This document shows positions 41,958-51,065 of a DNA stretch of 64,000 bases, piece by piece. Each line of letters starts with the position of its first letter. The stretch's first letter is position 1. The DNA lies in contig JACPOC010000025.1 in NCBI GenBank assembly GCA_016185125.1, forward strand, positions 222,773 to 286,772, given 5' to 3'. The DNA is from Bacteroidota bacterium. GTDB lineage: Bacteria; Bacteroidota; Bacteroidia; B-17B0; Aurantibacillaceae. The notes beneath the pieces are model-generated. The model was not told the DNA's origin and did no database searches. It saw only the letters and a list, made by a program, of their open reading frames with translations. The position numbers and the translations under genes were made by a program.

Positions 41958-42042
41958 TTTTGCGTTTCATTAAAACTTTTTTTTCTTTGTGAGATATTGT
42001 TGCGTTATTTAACCTTCATCTTAAAAAATAATTTAAATAAAT

Positions 42043-43365
42043 ATGCTTCTTGTATTAAAATTTGGCGGTACCAGTGTTGGCTCTGCTCAAAGAATAAAAG
42101 ACCTTGTTAAACTAACAGTTAACGCTACTCCAAAAATTGTAGTGCTTAGCGCCATGAGCGGCACCACCAATTCGCTCCTCGAAATTTGTAATTCGCTTTT
42201 TGCTAAAAATGTTGAACAAGCAAAAACACAAATTGAAGTTCTTAAACAAAAATACATTACAGAAATTAATTTGCTGTATTCAAAGCCGGAAAGCCTTGAA
42301 AAGGCAAATCAACTCATACAAACACATTTCAACTACTTGCTTTCTTTTACAATGGATATGTTTACTTCCAATGAAGAAAAAGCAATTCTTGCCCAAGGAG
42401 AACTTTTAAGCACCGCCATGTTTCATTATTATTTGGAAGAAACCGGCGTAAAATCAGTTTTGCTTCCCGCCCTTAATTTTATGCGCATTGATGCCAACGA
42501 AGAACCCGATCTTAATTCCATTGAAAAAAATTGTTTGGCTGAAATAAAAAAATATCCCGGACATAACTTATTTATTACCCAAGGATACATTTGCAGAAAT
42601 GAATTTGGCGAAATTGATAATCTTAAACGCGGTGGCAGCGATTACACAGCCTCACTCATCGGAGCCGCTATCCGGAGTCCGGAGGTGCAAATATGGACAG
42701 ACATTGACGGCATGCACAATAACGATCCGCGCATTGTTTCAAAAACACATCCTATTCACCAATTAAGTTTTGATGAAGCCGCCGAGTTGGCATATTTTGG
42801 TGCAAAAATTTTACATCCTACCTGTATTCTTCCGGCACAAAAAAGAAATGTTCCTGTTCGGTTAAAAAATACCTTACAGCCGGATGCTCTAGGAACTATT
42901 ATTGCCAACATAAATACCCAAGAAGGCATTAAAGCAGTTGCAGCAAAAGATGGCATTACCGCTTTAAGTATTAAAAGCGAACGGATGCTTTTAGCCCATG
43001 GTTTTTTACGCGCTGTATTTGAAGTTTTTGAACGGCATAAAACTTCTATCGATATGATTACTACCAGCGAAGTAGCGGTATCACTTACCATTGATAACGG
43101 TTTGAACCTTGCCGGAATATTAAAAGAGCTGCGTGAAATTGCGCATGTGGAAATTGAGGAAAACCAGACGATCATTTGCATTGTGGGTCAATTACCTAAA
43201 AACAAAGCCGGCTACGCTTACAAGGTTCTTGAATGCTTAAAAGATATTCCTCTTCGCATGGTTTCCTACGGGGGAAGTATTAACAACATTTCTGTGCTTG
43301 TAAACAGTGAATCGAAAAAAGAAGCACTCATGGCTTTAAACAAAGGATTGTTTAACTATAATTAA
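42043..43365 (+). CDS. lysC: aspartate kinase
   Basis: Motifs 'VLKFGGTSVGS' and 'RGGSDYTA', with a C-terminal ACT-like region. Confidence 0.9.
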   Translation: MLLVLKFGGTSVGSAQRIKDLVKLTVNATPKIVVLSAMSGTTNSLLEICNSLFAKNVEQAKTQIEVLKQKYITEINLLYSKPESLEKANQLIQTHFNYLLSFTMDMFTSNEEKAILAQGELLSTAMFHYYLEETGVKSVLLPALNFMRIDANEEPDLNSIEKNCLAEIKKYPGHNLFITQGYICRNEFGEIDNLKRGGSDYTASLIGAAIRSPEVQIWTDIDGMHNNDPRIVSKTHPIHQLSFDEAAELAYFGAKILHPTCILPAQKRNVPVRLKNTLQPDALGTIIANINTQEGIKAVAAKDGITALSIKSERMLLAHGFLRAVFEVFERHKTSIDMITTSEVAVSLTIDNGLNLAGILKELREIAHVEIEENQTIICIVGQLPKNKAGYAYKVLECLKDIPLRMVSYGGSINNISVLVNSESKKEALMALNKGLFNYN

Positions 43366-43370
43366 ATTTT

Positions 43371-44519
43371 ATGTTCACTCAAAAACAGTTAAACACATTT
43401 AAGGCCACTGAAACACCTTTTTATTTTTATGATATTGATGTGTTGAATAAAACCCTGGAGGCCATTAAAAAAGCGGCTCCAAAAGAATATCATATACATT
43501 ACGCCTTAAAAGCCAACCCACACCCTACTCTGTTGCAGTTGATCAAACAGGCTGGTTTAGGAGCAGATTGTGTAAGTGGAAACGAAGTAAAACGCGCTGT
43601 AGAAAGTGCGTTCGCCAGCGATAAAATAGTATTTGCCGGTGTTGGAAAAAGCGATAAAGAAATTAATTACGCTCTCAATCATTCCATTTTTTGTTTTAAT
43701 GTTGAAAGTATTCAGGAACTGCAGATCATTAATCAACTGGCAAGCAATAAAAACACAAAAGCCAGAATTGCTTTACGCATTAACCCGAATGTGGATGCTT
43801 ACACACACAAATATATTACAACAGGACTCGAAGAAAATAAATTCGGCATTAATCCTTATGAGTTTGATGCTGTGTTGGATGAACTAAAAAAGCTAAATAA
43901 TCTGGAGTTTATAGGTTTACATTTTCATATTGGTTCGCAAATAAACGATCTTACTCCTTTTAAAAATTTATGCACTCGGGTAAATGAAATCAACAAATGG
44001 TTTATAAACAAAGGCTTCTTGCTTCAACATATTAACGTTGGAGGAGGGCTGGGAATTAATTACAAAGAACCCGATACACAAAGTGTTGTTGATTTTGAAA
44101 ATTATTTTAATGTGTTTAAACAGTTTCTTGCTCTGAAACCGCAACAGCAAGTTCATTTTGAATTGGGTCGGGCTATTACAGGCCAATGCGGAAGTTTGAT
44201 CAGCCGCGTGCTTTACATCAAGCATGGCATCACAACCAACTTCGCTATTTTAGATGCGGGTATGACAGAACTTATTCGCCCGGCTTTGTATCAAGCATAT
44301 CATAAAATTGAAAACATCAGTGCGTCTGAAGTTAAATCGTTGGTTAAATACGATGTGGTGGGCCCTATTTGCGAAAGCAGTGATTGTTTTGGAAAAGCGG
44401 TAGAGCTTCCCGAAACCAACAGAGGAGATCTCATAGCTATACGCAGTGCCGGAGCGTATGGCGAGGTAATGAGTAGTCTGTATAATTTACGTGATAAACT
44501 TAATTCGGTATTTATTTAA
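43371..44519 (+). CDS. lysA: diaminopimelate decarboxylase
   Basis: PLP site 'HYALKANPH', plus 'INVGGGLGI', 'GPICESSD' and 'SAGAYG'. Confidence 0.92.
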   Translation: MFTQKQLNTFKATETPFYFYDIDVLNKTLEAIKKAAPKEYHIHYALKANPHPTLLQLIKQAGLGADCVSGNEVKRAVESAFASDKIVFAGVGKSDKEINYALNHSIFCFNVESIQELQIINQLASNKNTKARIALRINPNVDAYTHKYITTGLEENKFGINPYEFDAVLDELKKLNNLEFIGLHFHIGSQINDLTPFKNLCTRVNEINKWFINKGFLLQHINVGGGLGINYKEPDTQSVVDFENYFNVFKQFLALKPQQQVHFELGRAITGQCGSLISRVLYIKHGITTNFAILDAGMTELIRPALYQAYHKIENISASEVKSLVKYDVVGPICESSDCFGKAVELPETNRGDLIAIRSAGAYGEVMSSLYNLRDKLNSVFI

Positions 44520-44616
44520 GTTGAGAAGAACTCCAAAGCGAGGTCTGTTACAATAAAAGTATTAAAAAATGTGAAAACACGGTTTTGGCTTTATTAAAAC
44601 TCTGATATTGCAACTC

Positions 44617-44964
44617 ATGAAAAACACATTTTATTTGTTATCATTTACAGTAGTATTGGCAATAGCCGCATGTAAATCTTCTTCCAAAATAATTAATACT
44701 TACGAGCTTACACCTACACAAACCGAAATTGCAAAAAAGCGATGGCCGCAAAGTGACGCAGCTAAACTTAGTCACGGAAAATCAATTTACACTAACCAAT
44801 GCACGCAATGTCATAAAACTTTTGTAATAGAGAGTTTCTCAGAGAAAAAATGGAATCATGAAATTGATGACATGAGCCCAAAAGCAAACTTAACACCTGA
44901 AGAAAAACAAGATCTTACTTATTTTATTTTATCTTACAGGGAAATGAAAGCTCCGGTGAAATAA
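44617..44964 (+). CDS. small c-type cytochrome-like lipoprotein (CxxCH)
   Basis: Started at 'MKNTFYLLSFTVVLAIAAC'. Contains a single haem-binding motif 'CTQCH'. Confidence 0.6.
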   Translation: MKNTFYLLSFTVVLAIAACKSSSKIINTYELTPTQTEIAKKRWPQSDAAKLSHGKSIYTNQCTQCHKTFVIESFSEKKWNHEIDDMSPKANLTPEEKQDLTYFILSYREMKAPVK

Positions 44965-44969
44965 TTCAA

Positions 44970-46943
44970 TCACTCAAAACTTACCGCAATAATTTGAATC
45001 TTTCTTTCCTGCGCGGCATAAGGACTGTAAACCGAATTTCGTTTGTCTTTTAAATCATCGCTGACTTTACTCATTAATAACTCGCCAATTTCAACATCTT
45101 CATAAATGATCTTGCCTTCGCCCGGAGTTTTATTATCAATGTATTTTACAAACCATCCGTTTTTTGTTTGATTAAAAAAGTTACGCAAACTGCTTATTCT
45201 TCGCTTCGCCAAATTTACATTGTAATCCGTACTCGCCAACGGACTGCAATAGCCCTTCATGGTTATTTTAACTGTTTCTCCTTTTAGTAATACCTTTTCA
45301 AGAAGATCAGAGAATCTTTTCAAATCTTCAAAGCCTGCATCTACACTGTCAGCAAAAAAATTCTCTACTTTATTAATGGCCACAGTTTTTTGTTCTCCCT
45401 CGGCTCCTTTAGGATATTCATTTAAATATTGCGGAACCAGCATTTTGTATTCGTTATAAGTTGTTTCGTAATTTTTTGTGGTGGTAATGTTCTTTGTTTT
45501 TGGATCGGGCTCATCGTTATGAAAATACAAAGTAAGCGGACAAAGAACTTTCATTTGTCCTTTTAATAATTGCAAAGTATCAACAGGTTTTGGCGGAATG
45601 CTTAAAGGCTCAATTTCAAATCGATAAATATCGTTGCAGCAGTTCAGTTTATTTTCAAAATAAGAACCCACACGGTTGCTTGATAAATAAGCGCGGTCGC
45701 GGGTTTTATTTACTGAATAATAAATATCGTTGTAACTGCTGTTAATAGGATAACCCGCGTTTTGAGGTTCGGTAAAATCATTTTCTTTAAATTCACTTTT
45801 AAAAATATCAAAGCCTCCTAAACCTTTATGGTAAGTGCTGCTGAAGTATAAAGTTTTCTGTTCATTCACAAACCAAGGAGTAATTTCATCATCCGGCGTA
45901 TTAATCTTTTTACCGCAGTTCACCGGGTTTTCAAAAGTTCCGTCAGCGTTTTGAAGGCAATACCAAATGTCTAAATTACCCTCTCCCCCGCTTCGGTTGC
46001 TTGCAAAAAACAAAACCGTTTTACCGTTCATCTTTCCAAAACTTGGCTGTGTTGTATTTACACCGTTTATGTTAATGGGCGAAGGCATTTTTACCAAAGG
46101 CTGCCATTTATTGTTCACGTAATTGCCCAAATATAATTCGCAAGTGTACTCTGTGGCGTTTTTGGCTTTACAGCGCGACACTATCATTTGTTTGTAATCT
46201 TCGCTAAAACAGGTATTTGCATTGTGCAGATAAGTTGCGTTAATGCTGGTGTCTAAAGCCTTTACTTTTTGCCATTTTAGTTTACGCATTTCCGAACTGT
46301 AAATCTTATTTAAGTTCACTTCATTCACATCTTTTTTGCCGGTACTTTTTAAAGAGGAGAAGTACAAGGTGCTATCACTTTCAAAAGCCGCATATTCACT
46401 CACCTTACTGTTAATATTAGTATCCAGATGTTCCACTTTTTGTTTAACCGGATTTTTGATCAGAATAAGCGACAGATCACAGGCTTCTATTTCAAGTTTC
46501 GATTTTACCGCATAGTAATCAGGCGCGCTTTTGTTTTTTCCTTTTTTAATTTTGCTGTATTTGGTAAACCATTTCTTCGCCTCCTTATATTGTTCCTTAT
46601 TTTTAAGGATTTGCCCAATCCAATAAAAACACAGTGGATATATTTTGCCATTATCAATACTTACTACTTTATTATACAAACGAAAAGCAATATCCAGGTC
46701 AAAATTTAAACGGCTGGCTTCGGCATAATCGAATTGAACGGCAACATCGCTGCTGTCGCGGTTGTATAATTTATTATAATATTGTGCCGCGGTAAACCAG
46801 TCTTTATCCGCCATAGCCGTTTTTGCCCGTGTAAGTATTAAACGGTTGCTTTGCGCAGAAAGCAGAAAATTGCCCAACACAAACAAAAATATATACAGTA
46901 TTCTTTTACTTAACACAGCGTTACATATAAACCGGACAAACAC
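44970..46943 (-). CDS. OmpA-family protein with TPR and TolB-like beta-propeller region
   Basis: The C-terminal OmpA-like motif is 'MKGYCSPLASTDYNVNLAKRRISSLRNFF'. Located directly downstream of a PorP/SprF gene, which is the usual partner arrangement. Confidence 0.75.
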   Translation of the reverse strand: MFVRFICNAVLSKRILYIFLFVLGNFLLSAQSNRLILTRAKTAMADKDWFTAAQYYNKLYNRDSSDVAVQFDYAEASRLNFDLDIAFRLYNKVVSIDNGKIYPLCFYWIGQILKNKEQYKEAKKWFTKYSKIKKGKNKSAPDYYAVKSKLEIEACDLSLILIKNPVKQKVEHLDTNINSKVSEYAAFESDSTLYFSSLKSTGKKDVNEVNLNKIYSSEMRKLKWQKVKALDTSINATYLHNANTCFSEDYKQMIVSRCKAKNATEYTCELYLGNYVNNKWQPLVKMPSPININGVNTTQPSFGKMNGKTVLFFASNRSGGEGNLDIWYCLQNADGTFENPVNCGKKINTPDDEITPWFVNEQKTLYFSSTYHKGLGGFDIFKSEFKENDFTEPQNAGYPINSSYNDIYYSVNKTRDRAYLSSNRVGSYFENKLNCCNDIYRFEIEPLSIPPKPVDTLQLLKGQMKVLCPLTLYFHNDEPDPKTKNITTTKNYETTYNEYKMLVPQYLNEYPKGAEGEQKTVAINKVENFFADSVDAGFEDLKRFSDLLEKVLLKGETVKITMKGYCSPLASTDYNVNLAKRRISSLRNFFNQTKNGWFVKYIDNKTPGEGKIIYEDVEIGELLMSKVSDDLKDKRNSVYSPYAAQERKIQIIAVSFE

Positions 46944-47967
46944 GTTTTTTTACCGTGAACACAGGGGGGCGTTTAATAATATAATTTACAAAAATCTCAA
47001 AAGCACCCCGGCGGTTGGTAGCCGCCATAAACTTGCTGGTATTAATATCGTAAGCAATACCGCTTTGCAAGGTTTTATTGGTGTAACCAAAGCGCAGAAT
47101 AACTGCGTCGCGGGGCCGTACCGCCAATCCCGCTAATACCGCCAGGTTATTATCCCGGTTAATGTAGTACTTTAACGAAGCATGAGGAATAACTTCATAA
47201 TATTTGCCTTGTTTATTAATCAATGCTTCAGCAACAATATCGGCACGCAAATTTATGGGCGTAACAAAGCGCAAATAGTTAGCTATTTTAAAATCAAGAC
47301 GACTTGTTTTATTACCCTGATACGTTATTACCGGGCTAGCCAGATGATGTAATCCCAAACCGTAAGTAAACACATGTTTATTTTTTATCTTATATTGAAG
47401 TGCTCCGCCTACATTAATATCCGCGTAATTATACGTTGTCCAATCAAAGCGCTCGTTAGAATTTAAACCCGCGTTGTATTGCGAGCCGTCGTACTGATTA
47501 TCAAAGGTCATTCGCTCGTAATCAAAACCAACCTGAGCCAAGCCTAAGTTCATTCCTACAGAAAACAGTAAAGAACTATCGGCTACCGAGTAAATATAAC
47601 TTCCGCTGGCGTATAGTTGTGTTGTTTTATAACGGGTATCGCCCGCCTTATCGCTGTTAAACATAAGGCCTACACCAATTACATCGTTGGTAAATGATTT
47701 TGGTTTTATCCTCGCTTCGCCATTCATGCTAAAGGTAGAATAAGGCACCGGAACGCTTTGCCATTGACTTCGAAAGATGGCTCCCACCCGGTAATCGCCA
47801 TTAAACATGCCCGTAAAAGCCGGTGAATTATTTAATAAAGACCCATCGTACTGAGAAAAATGAATATCCTGCCCTTTAACAAAGAGTGATGCAAAAAGTA
47901 AAAAAAACAGATATTTTGCGGAATTATTGATAAAAATAAAATTACACAATTTTCCTGTTAAAAACAA
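46921..47967 (-). CDS. type IX secretion system membrane protein PorP/SprF family
   Basis: Signal peptide followed by 'QDIHFSQY', with beta-barrel-like length and pattern. TTG start. Confidence 0.8.
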   Translation of the reverse strand: MFLTGKLCNFIFINNSAKYLFFLLFASLFVKGQDIHFSQYDGSLLNNSPAFTGMFNGDYRVGAIFRSQWQSVPVPYSTFSMNGEARIKPKSFTNDVIGVGLMFNSDKAGDTRYKTTQLYASGSYIYSVADSSLLFSVGMNLGLAQVGFDYERMTFDNQYDGSQYNAGLNSNERFDWTTYNYADINVGGALQYKIKNKHVFTYGLGLHHLASPVITYQGNKTSRLDFKIANYLRFVTPINLRADIVAEALINKQGKYYEVIPHASLKYYINRDNNLAVLAGLAVRPRDAVILRFGYTNKTLQSGIAYDINTSKFMAATNRRGAFEIFVNYIIKRPPVFTVKKRVCPVYM

Positions 47968-47992
47968 AGCTTTGCTAACACCGTTTAATTGC

Positions 47993-48000
47993 TAAATTTG
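47993..48000 (+). promoter_or_regulatory. candidate -7 box TAAATTTG with upstream TTG
   Basis: Matches TAnnTTTG and lies 16 nt upstream of the ATG at 48017. A TTG at 47972-47974 lies 18 nt upstream of the box. Confidence 0.4.
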
Positions 48001-48016
48001 CGATTAAAATTTTTAT

Positions 48017-49201
48017 ATGGCAAGTGATAATTTCCAAGCTCATGATTACTATTTAATGGATGAGCTTTTAAGCGACGAACATAAATTAATAAGAGAAACT
48101 GCCCGTGCATGGGTAAAAAAAGAAGTAACTCCCATTGTGGAAGAAGCTTGTCAAACTACCAAATTCCCGAAACAATGGCTAAAAGGTCTTGCGGAAATTG
48201 GAGCTTTTGGCCCTTATATTCCTACTGAATACGGCGGCGCAGGTCTTGACCAGATCTCTTACGGATTAATTATGCAGGAGCTGGAGCGCGGCGATAGCGG
48301 ATTGCGCTCAACTGCTTCGGTGCAAAGTTCATTGGTAATGTTCCCTATTTTTACTTATGGAAGCGAAGAGCAAAAGAAAAAATACCTTCCAAAACTTGCC
48401 ACAGGCGATTTAATGGGTTGCTTTGGTTTAACCGAACCCGATCATGGAAGCAATCCTTCGGGCATGCTCACCAATTATAAAGATGCAGGCGATGGTAAAC
48501 ACGTAATTTTGAACGGTGCAAAAATGTGGATCAGTAATTCGCCCTTCGCAGATATTGCCGTTGTTTGGGCAAAAGATGAGGCGGGCGACATCCGAGGCTT
48601 GGTGGTTGAAAGAGGCATGCCGGGCTTTACCACTCCCGAAACGCATGGTAAATGGAGTCTACGTGCAAGCGCAACAGGCGAATTGGTTTTTGATAATGTA
48701 AAAGTTCCTAAAGAAAATATTTTTCCAACCATAAAAGGATTAAAAGGTCCGCTTGGTTGCTTAAATAGTGCCCGTTACGGTATTGCCTGGGGTGTTATTG
48801 GCGCCGCTATGGATTGTTACGATAGTGCCCTGCGTTACAGTAAAGAGCGTGTACAATTTGGCAGGCCTATTGGCGGATTTCAGTTAACACAAAAAAAGCT
48901 GGCTGAAATGATTACGGAGATTACCAAAGCACAATTACTAACCTGGAGATTGGGCGTTTTAAAGAACGAACACCGCGCCACACCTGCACAAATTAGCATG
49001 GCCAAACGCAATAATGTAAACATGGCTTTAACCATTGCTCGCGAAGCAAGGCAAATTCATGGTGGCATGGGCATTACCGGCGAGTACCCAATTATGCGCC
49101 ACATGATGAACCTTGAAAGCGTAATTACTTACGAAGGCACTCACGATATTCATTTACTGATTACCGGAATGGATGTAACCGGGTTTAACGCGTTTAGTTA
49201 A
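48017..49201 (+). CDS. gcdH: acyl-CoA dehydrogenase (glutaryl-CoA dehydrogenase-like)
   Basis: Motifs 'GCFGLTEPDHGSNP' and 'ITYEGTHDIHLL'. 394 aa. Confidence 0.85.
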   Translation: MASDNFQAHDYYLMDELLSDEHKLIRETARAWVKKEVTPIVEEACQTTKFPKQWLKGLAEIGAFGPYIPTEYGGAGLDQISYGLIMQELERGDSGLRSTASVQSSLVMFPIFTYGSEEQKKKYLPKLATGDLMGCFGLTEPDHGSNPSGMLTNYKDAGDGKHVILNGAKMWISNSPFADIAVVWAKDEAGDIRGLVVERGMPGFTTPETHGKWSLRASATGELVFDNVKVPKENIFPTIKGLKGPLGCLNSARYGIAWGVIGAAMDCYDSALRYSKERVQFGRPIGGFQLTQKKLAEMITEITKAQLLTWRLGVLKNEHRATPAQISMAKRNNVNMALTIAREARQIHGGMGITGEYPIMRHMMNLESVITYEGTHDIHLLITGMDVTGFNAFS

Positions 49202-49598
49202 AAAATAAACGGGTTCAACGGGTTGGTTATACCAAATGAATTTATGATTTAGGCTAAAGATACGAAGTAATTTTTTATCAAGACGATTTTTAAAAATTGT
49301 TGCATAGCATTGCCTATGGAACTATTTTTTAAATAAGTATGGATATAAAAGGACGAGTATATTGGACTAAATTATAGATAGAGTTTTTCCTTACGCTTTA
49401 AGTACACGCGTATATGTAATCAGGGTTCATCAACATTCCTCGCGGGTTTAAGCGTATGTAAAGTAAACATGACCGGATGCCTTAAAGTTTTATTGATTGT
49501 AGCTGAGTAATTAAGGGATAGTAGCCAGAACATGGACCGCTGACTTAAGTGCACTTGCTTATGCCGTAATAAATTTAATAAGCGTAAATAAAAAAATT

Positions 49599-50978
49599 CT
49601 ACCTGTAAAACTCTACCACCGTTTGGTTATTAGATGTAATGGTAAATTTTTTTTCGATGGTGTAAATGCTTCCTTTTAAAGATCGTCCGCGCCAGGCGGC
49701 TACATAACTGCCCGGTTGAAGATAAAACGTTTGCAGGGTTTGCGTGCTAAGATTACACACCCACTCTAATTGTTCATCGCGTTTTAAAAGAATGCATCCG
49801 TCGCCCGCCTCCAAACATTTTACCTGAAGCATTCCCGCATTGGGTATTTCAATAACTTTGGTTTGCGATTGCTCAATTTCAATTTGATTAAAATACAATC
49901 GCGGCAGCGTTAATAATTCCAGGTCGTATTTTCCGGTAATATATTTATCGGTAGCGTTTAGTAACTGAACATTTAAAGTTTGTCCGCTTTCAATATCCTT
50001 AACTACGCATTTAACTTTTTCGTTGTAGTTATATACACCATCGGGGCGTTTAATGGTAAGGTAACCCTGCGGCGCGTCCAGCGGTATTATGGTGTGTTTT
50101 CCGGCGTTCAGTTTTATTTCTTTGCTTTCTACCGGCGGGATGGTGTGCGCTATAACTTTGTAAGTTGGATAATCATCAATATAAAGTGTATCCGGATTTT
50201 CTTTAGAATTTAAAGTATGAATAAAATTATACTTGTATTCTTTTTTAGCAACGTCGTAAAAAGTGATGTTAACATTACTTTCTTTAGGCAGAGATTTTGA
50301 ATCAAGTAAATTTACCTGCACACTTGTTTTGTTCAGTTTTTGCTGCTGAATGATTTGTGTTATCGTTGAAAATGAAGAGGTATTATCATAATCAAAATAA
50401 GTGCCCACGCATTCAAAAGTTTTTATTTGTTCGGGTGTTAAACCAATGCCTATAATAAAAGGCTTAAACACTATCCCTTTTTCCATTAGTTTTTGTCGTG
50501 CCTTGCAGGGGTCGCCGCCGCATTCTTCAATGCCATCGGTTATAATAATAACAATGTTGTTTGTTTTATTATCCACAAAATCGTTGGCCGATTCGGTAAG
50601 CGAATGCTCAATGGGAGTAATTCCGGTGGGCTTTGCCTCTTTAACTTTTTGCTTTATTTCCTCTTTATTATTCTTTGAAAAAGGAACTACCAGTTTACTG
50701 TCCTTGCAATCGCCGGGCGGATATTTAACCGTGTGGCCATACATGCGCAAGGCAAAGAGCATATCTTTATTTTTTCCAAGGCTGTCAATAAATTTGTAAA
50801 AAAGATCTTTAGCACCATCCATCCGTGTAGCGGCATGAAATTTAGCGCTCATGCTGTTACTGGCATCAAACACAAAAAGAACATAGGTGGGCTTTACAGC
50901 TAATTTAGCGGCGGGTTTTTTCTGAGCCTGCAGCAAGCTAACAAAGAGTATAAAAAATAAAACAATAAGCCCGCGCAT
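49599..50978 (-). CDS. secreted von Willebrand factor A domain protein
   Basis: Signal peptide and MIDAS motif 'VLFVFDASNSMS'. The C-terminal half is beta-rich. Confidence 0.8.
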   Translation of the reverse strand: MRGLIVLFFILFVSLLQAQKKPAAKLAVKPTYVLFVFDASNSMSAKFHAATRMDGAKDLFYKFIDSLGKNKDMLFALRMYGHTVKYPPGDCKDSKLVVPFSKNNKEEIKQKVKEAKPTGITPIEHSLTESANDFVDNKTNNIVIIITDGIEECGGDPCKARQKLMEKGIVFKPFIIGIGLTPEQIKTFECVGTYFDYDNTSSFSTITQIIQQQKLNKTSVQVNLLDSKSLPKESNVNITFYDVAKKEYKYNFIHTLNSKENPDTLYIDDYPTYKVIAHTIPPVESKEIKLNAGKHTIIPLDAPQGYLTIKRPDGVYNYNEKVKCVVKDIESGQTLNVQLLNATDKYITGKYDLELLTLPRLYFNQIEIEQSQTKVIEIPNAGMLQVKCLEAGDGCILLKRDEQLEWVCNLSTQTLQTFYLQPGSYVAAWRGRSLKGSIYTIEKKFTITSNNQTVVEFYR

Positions 50979-51065
50979 CTGTGCGAAGATAAATTAAAAG
51001 AACACGATTAAAATATATAAGAAAGAAAGTTTTAAACGTTGCGGCTTTAAAACCAAAAAGAATTT

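Noticed and set aside
41958-42042. Lysine riboswitch upstream of lysC
   Set aside because: The spacer is only 85 nt and AT-rich with no multi-helix potential, so it is too short for an L-box.
42756-43181. 141-aa ORF antisense inside lysC
   Set aside because: It has no recognisable motifs and lies fully within a conserved housekeeping gene on the other strand.
49202-49598. 397-bp ORF-free spacer between gcdH and the VWA gene, scanned for tRNA, riboswitch or sRNA features
   Set aside because: It holds only short scattered complementary words (ACGCTTA/TAAGCGT). I could see no convincing extended structure, terminator or repeat, so there is not enough to support a call.
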